Assembly (NCBI GenBank): GCA_009619075.1
Contig: WJOY01000039.1
Location: 1 to 61,166 of the forward strand
Source of the DNA: Dehalococcoidia bacterium
GTDB lineage: Bacteria; Chloroflexota; Dehalococcoidia; GIF9; AB-539-J10
Direction of reading: 5' to 3'
DNA length: 61,166 nt
The position numbers and the translations under genes are program-made. Below the pieces are notes generated by a model. The model was not told where the DNA came from. It searched no databases and saw only the letters and a program-made list of their open reading frames with translations. This document shows, piece after piece, positions 28,278-36,351 of the stretch; positions within the stretch are counted from its first letter, which is position 1, and every line of letters starts with the position of its first letter.

Positions 28278-29251
28278 GCTATAAAGCCTCTTATTAGATT
28301 CTTCGGGGAGTTTACCCTGAGCGAGATAAGATTCTTCACTACGCTCAGAATGACAGGGAGCGAAGGGCTCAGAATGATAGACGACGGGCTGACATCAAAC
28401 CAATGGATTCTTTCATCGTCCAGATGAAACCAAGCATATTGATGACGAGCAAAGTGATGGGTTTCATACTTTATCTGTTCAATAGCTGCCGGCAAAGTCA
28501 ACTGGCCTTGAAGAAACTGGCCCACTTGCTTATAACCTATGCCCGACATAGAAGGCAAGGAAAAGCTATAACCCATTTTTACTAGCTCCTCTACCTCCGC
28601 AACTAATCCCTTTTGTATCATTTTATCAACACGCTGATCAATCCTATTATACAACTTGCTTCTTTCTACGGTTAAACCGATGATGCGGATAGGAAAACCT
28701 GGCGCCTCCTTGCGCCATAACTGAGAGGGAAGCTGCCCTGTCATGTGGTAAATCTCTAAAGCCCTGATGATACGGCGGATATTGCCAGGATGGATTTTGG
28801 TTGCGGCAAGAGGGTCGATTTGCTGAAGTTCTTTATAAAGCATATAGCTACCTTCTCGCTTCGCTCTGGCTTCCAAATCACATCTTAGTTTAGGGTTAGG
28901 TGGCACCTGGGGTATTTTCCATCCTTCTAATATTGACCACAGATAAAGGCCGCTACCACCTACCAATAACGGCAATTTGCCTTTTTGCTGGATAGCCTTG
29001 ATTGCCTCGGTAGCCAGTTGATGATACATAGCTAGGTTGAAATCTTCATCAGGGTTAACTACATCAATAAGGTGATGAGGGACTGATGCTCTTTCAGCTA
29101 AAGTGGGTTTATTGGTGCCGATATCCATATAGCGGTAAACCTGTCGGCTATCAGCGCTTACTATCTCTACCGGGAAATCTCGAGCTAAGTGTAGAGCAAG
29201 CTCGCTTTTGCCTACTGCTGTGGGACCAACGATGGCAACAAGGCATTTCAT
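28274..29251 (-). CDS. miaA: tRNA dimethylallyltransferase
   Basis: ORF 28274..29314 trimmed to MKCLVAIVGPTAVGKS (P-loop); C-terminal ~35 aa are repeat-encoded; stop overlaps dapF start (ATGA). Confidence 0.9.
   Translation of the reverse strand: MKCLVAIVGPTAVGKSELALHLARDFPVEIVSADSRQVYRYMDIGTNKPTLAERASVPHHLIDVVNPDEDFNLAMYHQLATEAIKAIQQKGKLPLLVGGSGLYLWSILEGWKIPQVPPNPKLRCDLEARAKREGSYMLYKELQQIDPLAATKIHPGNIRRIIRALEIYHMTGQLPSQLWRKEAPGFPIRIIGLTVERSKLYNRIDQRVDKMIQKGLVAEVEELVKMGYSFSLPSMSGIGYKQVGQFLQGQLTLPAAIEQIKYETHHFARHQYAWFHLDDERIHWFDVSPSSIILSPSLPVILSVVKNLISLRVNSPKNLIRGFIA
28296..28378 (-). repeat. composite repeat forming the miaA 3' end
   Basis: Plus strand AGATTCTTCGGGGAGTTTACCCTGAGCGAGATAAGATTCTTCACTACGCTCAGAATGACAGGGAGCGAAGGGCTCAGAATGAT. 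Confidence 0.9.
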
Positions 29252-29252
29252 T

Positions 29253-29280
29253 GGGGATTCTTCGCTCCGCTCAGAATGAT
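29253..29280 (-). repeat. hairpin-repeat unit bridging tpiA stop and miaA start
   Basis: Minus strand ATCATTCTGAGCGGAGCGAAGAATCCCC; the tpiA TGA stop lies in the CATTCTGAG head. Confidence 0.85.
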
Positions 29281-30041
29281 GAAGGGCGTTTGATTGTCGC
29301 TGTTTGCTCAACAATGCTTAAGAATTCCTCGGCCTTGAGACTATTTCCACCAACTAAAGCGCCATCAATCTCCGATTGGGATATAAACTCAGCGATGTTG
29401 TCACTGGTAACGCTGCCGCCATAGAGGATACGTAAATCTTGAGCCACATCCTTGCCCCACAGCTTAGCTATAATATTGCGGATGAACTTGATGGTAACTG
29501 CTGCTTGTTCGCCGCTAGCTGCTTTGCCGGTGCCAATGGCCCATACTGGCTCGTAGGCAATCACCAAATCGCGAGCTGGTTTTATATTGTTTAAACCCCA
29601 ACTTACCTGCTTACCAATCACTTCCTCTGTCCTGCCAGCTTCATTCTCCTCAAGTCTTTCTCCAACGCATAAGATGGGCTTAAGCTTGTTTGCCAGAGCT
29701 GCCCTTATCTTCTTATTAACTATCTCGTCAGTTTCGCCGAAATACCACCGTCGCTCAGAATGTCCCAGAATAACAAATTCACATAACTCTGTGAGCATTG
29801 CCGGGGATATCTCACCAGTATAAGCCCCTTTAGCCTCAAAATGCATGTTCTGCGCACCGAGCTTAACAGAAGAACCTTTTATTAGTCCCCTTATCATAGT
29901 CAGCGAGGTAAATGGTGGGCAGATTACCTTCTCTACCCCCTCTATTCTATCCAGGCTATCTAGCATGTCATGGACGAGCTTTTCAGCTTCATCCAGTGTG
30001 GTATTCATTTTCCAGTTGCCAGCGATAAGGGGAATACGCAT
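29271..30041 (-). CDS. tpiA: triosephosphate isomerase
   Basis: 256 aa; IAGNWKMN, GHSERR, AYEPVWAIGTG motifs. Confidence 0.95.
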   Translation of the reverse strand: MRIPLIAGNWKMNTTLDEAEKLVHDMLDSLDRIEGVEKVICPPFTSLTMIRGLIKGSSVKLGAQNMHFEAKGAYTGEISPAMLTELCEFVILGHSERRWYFGETDEIVNKKIRAALANKLKPILCVGERLEENEAGRTEEVIGKQVSWGLNNIKPARDLVIAYEPVWAIGTGKAASGEQAAVTIKFIRNIIAKLWGKDVAQDLRILYGGSVTSDNIAEFISQSEIDGALVGGNSLKAEEFLSIVEQTATIKRPSSF

Positions 30042-30108
30042 TTCATAGCCTCCTATTTAGTCATCAGGTATCAGTTTCAGCTTCATACTGACTGCTCCTT
30101 TAAACTGC

Positions 30109-31299
30109 TTATCCCTTATCTGGCAAGATTTCCACTCCAGGCAAAGTGGCGCCTTCTAAGAATCTTAAGCTGGCACCGCCTCCAGTGGAGACATGGGTCA
30201 TTTTATTAGCCAGTCTCATTTCCTGGACTATCTCAGCACTAGAGCCGCCACCGATAATAGTAGTAGCGTTGACAGCAGAAAGAAGCTTGGCTAATGACCT
30301 GGTCCCTTGAGCAAACTGAGGTATCTCGTAAATTCCCATGGGCCCATTCCACATAATGGTGTGGCACTTCCTTAGCTCGTTGGAGAAAAGCTCGATGGTC
30401 TGAGGTCCGATATCCACAATGTAGCTATCAGGCGATATGTCGGTTATGGACACCACTTTAGTTTTTGCCTCAGCTTTAATCTCCTTGGCTACAACCACAT
30501 CAATTGGCAGCAAGAATGGCACCTTCCATTCTTCGGCTTCCTTAAGCAACTCTTTAGCCAGGCTCAATTTATCCCTTTCCACTAAAGAGTGTCCCACTTC
30601 GTATCCCTGCGCCTTCAAGAAAGTAGCCACCATGCCACCACCAATAAGCAAAATATCGAGTTTCTTTAGCATATTTTGCACCAAGCCCATTTTGTCGCTC
30701 ACCTTAGCACCACCTATCACGCAAGCGAAAGGATGCGCTGGAGCACTCAGAAGGTTACCCATAGCTTCTAATTCTGTTTCCATCAGGAAGCCAGCCACCG
30801 CTGGCAAGTATTTGGCTACACCCACAGTAGAGGCATGCGCCCTATGTGCCGTGCCAAAGGCATCGTTAACGTAAATGTCAGCTAAACGGGCTAATTCTTG
30901 GGCAAAATGAGGGTCGTTTGCCTCTTCCTCGGGGTGAAAGCGCACATTTTCCAGAAACAGAATATCTCCTTCTTTAAGTACCTTTACCTTATTTTCTACC
31001 TCACGGCCCACGCAATCAGGTGCTATGCTGACAGGTAAACCTATAAGCTGTGACAGGCGCTGTGCTACTGGTGCCATTCGTAATTCCTCAACTACTCTGC
31101 CTTTAGGGCGCCCCAGATGAGAGCAAAGAATTACCTTGGCTTTATGCTCAACAAGATAATTAATGGTAGGCAATGAGGCTCGGATGCGGCTATCATCACT
31201 AATGGCGCCGGTATTTACATCCAACGGAACGTTGAAATCAACTCTAACCAGCACCCTTTTCCCTTCAACATCTATATCCTTGACAGTCTTTTTCTGCAT
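30109..31299 (-). CDS. pgk: phosphoglycerate kinase
   Basis: 396 aa; RVDFNVPL, SHLGRPKG, STGGGASL motifs. Confidence 0.95.
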   Translation of the reverse strand: MQKKTVKDIDVEGKRVLVRVDFNVPLDVNTGAISDDSRIRASLPTINYLVEHKAKVILCSHLGRPKGRVVEELRMAPVAQRLSQLIGLPVSIAPDCVGREVENKVKVLKEGDILFLENVRFHPEEEANDPHFAQELARLADIYVNDAFGTAHRAHASTVGVAKYLPAVAGFLMETELEAMGNLLSAPAHPFACVIGGAKVSDKMGLVQNMLKKLDILLIGGGMVATFLKAQGYEVGHSLVERDKLSLAKELLKEAEEWKVPFLLPIDVVVAKEIKAEAKTKVVSITDISPDSYIVDIGPQTIELFSNELRKCHTIMWNGPMGIYEIPQFAQGTRSLAKLLSAVNATTIIGGGSSAEIVQEMRLANKMTHVSTGGGASLRFLEGATLPGVEILPDKG

Positions 31300-31308
31300 T
31301 TTTCACTC

Positions 31309-32373
31309 CTAGTAGTCGCACTCCATTAAAAAACGTGCTGCCTCGCTTAATGGAACTCGCCTGGATGGATCAAGACCAGTAGCTTCAAGCTTTGTCAAAG
31401 CTCGGTGATAATATTGTTGCTCCAAATCCTGGGCATAACCCCTGGCACCTGAACGATTGAGTATTTCTACCACTTCAGTTACATCCTCCACTTCAATGGA
31501 TTCCTGTGAGTAAAGCTTCTCAAGCCTCTGCTTATCTTTGCCCCTGCTGTTTTCCAATCCGTAAACTACCGGCAAAGTTTTCTTCCTGTGTAAAATATCA
31601 CCCTTTACAGACTTGCCAATTTTTTCCTCTGTTCCCCAAATGCCCAGTATGTCATCATGAATTTGATAAGCCATGCCCAAGTTTTTGCCAAACTCGTGGA
31701 AGTAGCTCACTATCCCCTCATCCTCTGTAACAAGGCATGCTCCGATAGAGGTTGATGCAGCCATTAATGCCGCTGTTTTCTTCGTTATCATTCTAAGGTA
31801 ATCTTCAGTGGTAACATCGCCACGAGCCTCATAGGCAATATCTAGATATTGGCCTTCACAAAGCTCTAGGCAAGCTTCGCCTAGCACTTGGATTGCTCGC
31901 ATAATTTTCGTCTCGGCTATCCCCCTCTCTCTCAATTTAAGCAAAACTAAATAAGCTAAGGCAAACATGGAATCGCCAGCATTTATAGCTTGCGGCTGTC
32001 CCCATAATTTCCATACAGTTGGGCGATGGTGCCGCTCACAGCTAGTGTCTTCAATATCATCGTGGATTAAAGAGAAGTTGTGAATGAGCTCTAAGGATAC
32101 CGCGGCAGGCAATATCTGTAACGCATTTCCACCTACCGCTTGACAGCTAAGAAGGCAAAGAACAGGGCGAGTAAATTTACCAGACTTCTTACCACTGGGA
32201 TGACCTTGTGCATCCTGCCAACCCAGATGGTATCGCAACATATCATAAAGGGCTGAAGGTTTACTACCAATAATTCTCTTTAACTCAGCCTCTACTTCTC
32301 TTCGGTAGGAGGTGTAACTTTCAGGCAAGATTTCATCTGTGCTTATCAAAACCACCTTTATATTAATGGCCAA
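31309..32373 (-). CDS. polyprenyl diphosphate synthase (trans-IPPS family)
   Basis: 354 aa (TTG start as listed); LIHDDIED and IHDDILG aspartate-rich motifs. Confidence 0.85.
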   Translation of the reverse strand: MAINIKVVLISTDEILPESYTSYRREVEAELKRIIGSKPSALYDMLRYHLGWQDAQGHPSGKKSGKFTRPVLCLLSCQAVGGNALQILPAAVSLELIHNFSLIHDDIEDTSCERHHRPTVWKLWGQPQAINAGDSMFALAYLVLLKLRERGIAETKIMRAIQVLGEACLELCEGQYLDIAYEARGDVTTEDYLRMITKKTAALMAASTSIGACLVTEDEGIVSYFHEFGKNLGMAYQIHDDILGIWGTEEKIGKSVKGDILHRKKTLPVVYGLENSRGKDKQRLEKLYSQESIEVEDVTEVVEILNRSGARGYAQDLEQQYYHRALTKLEATGLDPSRRVPLSEAARFLMECDY

Positions 32374-32417
32374 AGGGGCAAATTGTCAATAAAGCTAATT
32401 TAGAGCCTGTCTGTTTT

Positions 32418-32517
32418 GTCACCCTGAGCCGAAGCTCCGAGCGAAGTGAGGAGGCGGTGAAGGGTCTAAATTCTTCGCTACGCTCAGAATGACAGGAAGC
32501 GAAGGGCGCAGAATGAC
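32418..32517. repeat. MITE-like composite repeat (ACCCT/AGGGT variant) with inverted termini
   Basis: GTCACCCTGAGCCGAAGCTCCGAGCGAAGTGAGGAGGCGGTGAAGGGTC followed by inverted units ...CGCTCAGAATGAC and ...GCGCAGAATGAC. Confidence 0.85.
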
Positions 32518-32626
32518 AATTTGGAGTTGCTAGACGCTCTGCTAATTTAAAGCCTTGAAAAAGTCTCCTTATTGTAATATAATTAGCACTCTAACATTCA
32601 GAGTGCTAATTATTGGAGGTAATTAG

Positions 32627-32851
32627 ATGAATTGTGCTGTTTGCGGGAGTCCACTGCTTTTCGACAGGGTCGTTTTCCACTGTTCCTGTGGAGTTTTTGT
32701 GCATGCCTATTGCTGGGATAAGCATGTGTTGCAAGCCCATAAGCCGGCTTTCGAGGTAGGCACCGTTGATTTGAATAGTGAGTTTAAAGTAAAAGAGAGC
32801 AAGGTAGAGGAGGAAGCCTCAGATAAACAGGTAACACCGTCTATAGAATGA
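32627..32851 (+). CDS. small Cys/His-rich zinc-finger-like protein
   Basis: 74 aa; CAVCG...HCSCGVFVHAYCWDKHVLQAHK. Confidence 0.5.
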   Translation: MNCAVCGSPLLFDRVVFHCSCGVFVHAYCWDKHVLQAHKPAFEVGTVDLNSEFKVKESKVEEEASDKQVTPSIE

Positions 32852-32864
32852 AAGAGGAATAAAA

Positions 32865-33113
32865 ATGCCTACTTATCGATACCAGTGTGAGAACTGCAAC
32901 CGGCGATTTGAGCTCAGGCAAGGATTTAATGATAAACCAATAGTTGTTTGCCCTGTATGCCGCGGAGTTGCCCATCGCCTTTTTTCTCCCGTGCCTATCT
33001 TGTTTAAGGGGCCAGGGTTTTATGTTACGGATTCCAGGGAAGAGAGCAAAAAAAGGCTTGATGCTAAAGGGCCAAGGAAAAAAGAGATGGACAAAGGGAG
33101 CGGGAAATCATGA
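32865..33113 (+). CDS. FmdB-family zinc-ribbon protein
   Basis: 82 aa; MPTYRYQCENCNRRFE...CPVCRG (CxxC_CxxC_SSSS pattern). Confidence 0.75.
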   Translation: MPTYRYQCENCNRRFELRQGFNDKPIVVCPVCRGVAHRLFSPVPILFKGPGFYVTDSREESKKRLDAKGPRKKEMDKGSGKS

Positions 33114-33229
33114 AATGCCCTGTTTGTGGCAGGGAAGCTAGAACCCATATTTACCACTGTGCTAAATGCGGTGTTTATGTGCATGAAGAGTGCTGGCGAA
33201 AACATATTGCCCAAGCTCACAAAAAATAG
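33110..33229 (+). CDS. 39-aa paralogue of the 32627 zinc-finger protein
   Basis: My translation MKCPVCGREARTHIYHCAKCGVYVHEECWRKHIAQAHKK*; start overlaps the preceding stop (ATGA). Confidence 0.45.
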   Translation: MKCPVCGREARTHIYHCAKCGVYVHEECWRKHIAQAHKK

Positions 33230-33505
33230 CTTGTGCTTTTGCTCCATGCCTGTCAAATCATTTGAGACGGTAACCCAAGTTTAGGTTGCTGTGTCATAAT
33301 TCGGATTCAGCTCCTTCCACACAAAGGAGATTTCCTCCCTTGTCTCCCTTTCAAGAACGAGCCTATTTTAGGGGCTACTCTTTGACCCCAAAAGGTGTAA
33401 CGCCTCCGTCAGGTAACATGGCTGTTTGATTTTGCCTCAGACTCAAAATCAGACTCAAACTAGATTTGCCTCATTCGGTTTTCATGGTCTTCACCCCAAA
33501 GATTT

Positions 33506-33555
33506 TGTAGTGCGACCCTTTAGGGTCGTGCACGAGGCTAAAGCCGCGCACTACA
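33506..33555. repeat. REP/BIME-like doublet (two inverted GTAG-hairpin units)
   Basis: TGTAGTGCGACCCTTTAGGGTCGTGCACGAGGCTAAAGCCGCGCACTACA; near-palindrome centred on GTGCAC. Confidence 0.7.
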
Positions 33556-33601
33556 TTTCCAAACAGCCTCGGTAACATTTACCTTGAGGCAATCTGACCT
33601 A

Positions 33602-33631
33602 TTGACTAGTTAAAAGGTACCATTCTATAAT
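33602..33631 (+). promoter_or_regulatory. sigma70-like promoter candidate
   Basis: TTGACT, 18-nt spacer, TATAAT; about 165 nt upstream of the symporter start. Confidence 0.45.
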
Positions 33632-33794
33632 AGAGTATAGAGAGCCCGCTACTTATAGTGGACGAATTGAGCATAGCCGAAGGCGATACTGGAGACTGGT
33701 AGCAATGTCGGAAGGAGGTGGTGCTATGTAAAAAGAATGTATGCTGGGGAAGGGTGGAGAGCGCATTAACTTTTAAGAAAGGAGGTAATTAAAA

Positions 33795-35084
33795 GTGGCG
33801 GAAAGACGTAGAGGTGGTTATTTTGGTTTTCCCCTGATATATAAGATAGCGATAGGACTGGGTGTGGGGATTGTTGTGGGGATAATTGCTGGACCTGCCA
33901 TAGCGCCGGTAAAACCACTGGGAGATTTCTTTGTGACATTGCTTAAAATGTGTATCATGCCAATAGTCCTCTTTTCCCTTGTGGTAGGTGCAGCGAGTAT
34001 ATCGCCAGCACGCGGAGTGAGAATCGGCGTCAAGACGATAGTTTTTTACTTAGTAACTACATTTATTGCCGTCCTGATAGGTTTAGCTATAGCAAACCTA
34101 TTCAAGCCAGGATTGGGATTGGCACTTGCTGGAGAAGAGGTAGTACGAGAGGTAGCAGCACCGGCAATAAAAGATGTTTTGCTCGGGCTAATACCAAAGA
34201 ATCCCTTCGCGGCTTTAGCGGAAGGAAAGGTATTGCCCACAATAGTATTCGCTATACTGGTGGGAACAGCGTTGTCTTACCTCAAAGAGATGAAAGTTCC
34301 CAGAATCAGCGAAGCTGCCGACACTGTATTAAGGGTTTCTGACGGATTAGCTGAAGTGATGTATAAGTTGGTCAGCTGGATATTGGAGATTGCACCTTAT
34401 GGTGTATTTGCCTTGATAGCGGTAGTTGTTGGTACGCAAGGGGCAAAGGTTTTGGGTCCTCTGGGCGTTGTCACTGGGGTGGTATATTTAGGCCTCATTA
34501 TTCATTATTTCGTAGTCTACGGAGGAGCGTTAAGAATATGGGGCTTTAATCCGGCCAGATTTTGGCCCAGAGCTAGAGACGCCTCGCTTACAGCTTTTGT
34601 CACTAGAAGCAGCAGCGGAACTTTACCAGTTACAATGACCGTTGCTAGGGAAAAGCTAGGGATTGATAGAGGTATATACTCATTTACGCTACCACTTGGT
34701 GCCACTATAAACATGGATGGCACCTGTTTGTATCAGGCTGTTTGTGCCATGTTCATCGCCAATGCGGTAGGAATGCCCTTGGCAATAGGGGCACAGATGC
34801 TAGTTATGATTACAGCGGTTTTAGCCTCTATAGGAACAGCCGGAGTCCCCGGGGCTGGTGCAATAATGCTGCTCCTGGTTCTTGAGTCAGTGGGGCTACC
34901 TGTTGAAGCAGGAACATCCGTGGCGCTAGCTTATGGTATGATTCTGGGCATTGACGCCATACTGGATATGGGCAGAACAAGCCTGAATGTTACTGGCGAT
35001 CTGGCAGTGACTTCAATAATAGCGAAAACTGAGAACATGATTAATTTAGACTTTTGGCGTGGAGGAGCAAAAGCTAAGGCATAA
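33795..35084 (+). CDS. dicarboxylate/amino acid:cation symporter (DAACS, GltP/SstT-like)
   Basis: 429 aa (GTG start), multi-TM; FVTRSSSGTLPVT and ATINMDGT motifs. Confidence 0.85.
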   Translation: MAERRRGGYFGFPLIYKIAIGLGVGIVVGIIAGPAIAPVKPLGDFFVTLLKMCIMPIVLFSLVVGAASISPARGVRIGVKTIVFYLVTTFIAVLIGLAIANLFKPGLGLALAGEEVVREVAAPAIKDVLLGLIPKNPFAALAEGKVLPTIVFAILVGTALSYLKEMKVPRISEAADTVLRVSDGLAEVMYKLVSWILEIAPYGVFALIAVVVGTQGAKVLGPLGVVTGVVYLGLIIHYFVVYGGALRIWGFNPARFWPRARDASLTAFVTRSSSGTLPVTMTVAREKLGIDRGIYSFTLPLGATINMDGTCLYQAVCAMFIANAVGMPLAIGAQMLVMITAVLASIGTAGVPGAGAIMLLLVLESVGLPVEAGTSVALAYGMILGIDAILDMGRTSLNVTGDLAVTSIIAKTENMINLDFWRGGAKAKA

Positions 35085-35087
35085 TAA

Positions 35088-36212
35088 TTGATACCTTTCA
35101 AGGTAGTCTGCTGTAATTGTGGAAAGGAGGCCCGCAGGGATGAATGGCGGTGGCGGGATGATTGTGGGGGTGTATTTGATATTGTCCTCGATTTCCAAGG
35201 AAGGGAATTTCCAGAATTAGTAGATGTAAAAGAGGAAAATATCAGGAGATATGCTCAATTTCTCCCTGTAGAAGGCCTCCCTTCCGTGCACCAAGGGTGG
35301 ACTCCAATAGTCAAGAAAACTATAGCTGGAGTTGAGGTTAACTTCAAACTTGAGTACTTAAGCCTGGGAGGTTCTTTCAAGGACAGAGGGGCTTATGTTA
35401 GCACAGCAAAAGCTAAGGAACTGGGTGTAAAAGGGATAATTGTAGATTCCTCTGGTAATGCAGGGATAAGTTTCTCTCTCATGGGTCTCCTTTCCGGAAT
35501 AAATGTTGACGTGTTTGTCCCCAAGCACGCCCCGGAAGGGAAGAAAAATTTGCTCAGACTTTTACAGGCCAATGTCCATGAAATTGATGGAGATAGGATG
35601 GATGTTAATCGGGAAGCGATAAAAGCTGAAAGAGAGGGCTTTGTTTATGTCGGACATTGGTGGAATCCCTATTTTATAGAAGGCGAGAAAACTATGGCTT
35701 ACGAAGCTTATGAGCAGATAGGTAGTAGTGACTATGTAGTAGTTCCCGTTGGGAGCGGTACCATTTTACTTGGTTTGTATAAAGGGTATCAAGAATTAGT
35801 AGAACTCCAAGTTTTAAATAAGGTACCCGAAATTATCGCCGTCCAGGCTTGTGGCTACTCGAAGATATGCAGAGACCTCGGTGCTAAAGAAAGGTGTCTA
35901 ACTAAATCGAAGCTTGCTGATGGTATAGCTATAGCTGATCCACCGAGGAGACGACAAATAGTGGAGGCAGTGAAAAGGACGAATGGGCATGCCATCATAG
36001 TTGAAGATGAGGAAATAAAAGAGTCCTTGGTAGAATTGAGGCGACTTGGCTTTATTGTTGAACCTACCAGCGCAGTGCCTTATGTAGCCTTAAAGCAATC
36101 CATAAAAGAGGGTTTCATCAAACCCAAAAGCAAAGTTCTGTTACCCTTAACAGGTTCTGGGCTGAAATTGGTGGATGAGCTTATAGAAATAAAAGAATGT
36201 TTAAAAATGTAG
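35088..36212 (+). CDS. threonine-synthase-like PLP-dependent enzyme with N-terminal Cys-rich segment
   Basis: 374 aa; GGSFKDRGA PLP-lysine motif, SSGNAG. Confidence 0.75.
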   Translation: MIPFKVVCCNCGKEARRDEWRWRDDCGGVFDIVLDFQGREFPELVDVKEENIRRYAQFLPVEGLPSVHQGWTPIVKKTIAGVEVNFKLEYLSLGGSFKDRGAYVSTAKAKELGVKGIIVDSSGNAGISFSLMGLLSGINVDVFVPKHAPEGKKNLLRLLQANVHEIDGDRMDVNREAIKAEREGFVYVGHWWNPYFIEGEKTMAYEAYEQIGSSDYVVVPVGSGTILLGLYKGYQELVELQVLNKVPEIIAVQACGYSKICRDLGAKERCLTKSKLADGIAIADPPRRRQIVEAVKRTNGHAIIVEDEEIKESLVELRRLGFIVEPTSAVPYVALKQSIKEGFIKPKSKVLLPLTGSGLKLVDELIEIKECLKM

Positions 36213-36259
36213 TTGCCCAATTTATTGGGCGACTGTGCCTGATAAATCAGGCAACTACA
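36208..36259. repeat. REP/BIME-like doublet overlapping the ThrC-like stop codon
   Basis: TGTAGTTGCCCAATTTATTGGGCGACTGTGCCTGATAAATCAGGCAACTACA. Confidence 0.7.
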
Positions 36260-36351
36260 AAAATTTGGGGGTGAAACACCTCTGAGATGGCTGGAATTGA
36301 ACGGGGAATCAAAATTAAACAGCCTTAAAATAAGTTAGGGGGTGAGTTGAG

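Noticed and set aside
28110-28427. 105-aa plus-strand ORF with RFFAEFTLSEILRSLLSLRKTG and RFFTTLRMTGSEGLRM
   Set aside because: It is an artefact of the stop-free reverse frames of the hairpin repeats, and it is antisense to dapF and miaA.
33230-33505. Possible ncRNA or gene fragment in the long gap before the first REP doublet (small tandem GACTCAAAATCAGACTCAAA; TTTGCCTCA recurring at about 33437, about 33470 and 56727)
   Set aside because: I could derive no coherent secondary structure, reading frame or known motif. It is too weak to call.
33640-33794. Glycine riboswitch or T-box upstream of the symporter
   Set aside because: Only short partial matches exist (GCCGAAGGCGA, CTGGAGA, GGTGGTGC). 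The length and block order do not fit either class.
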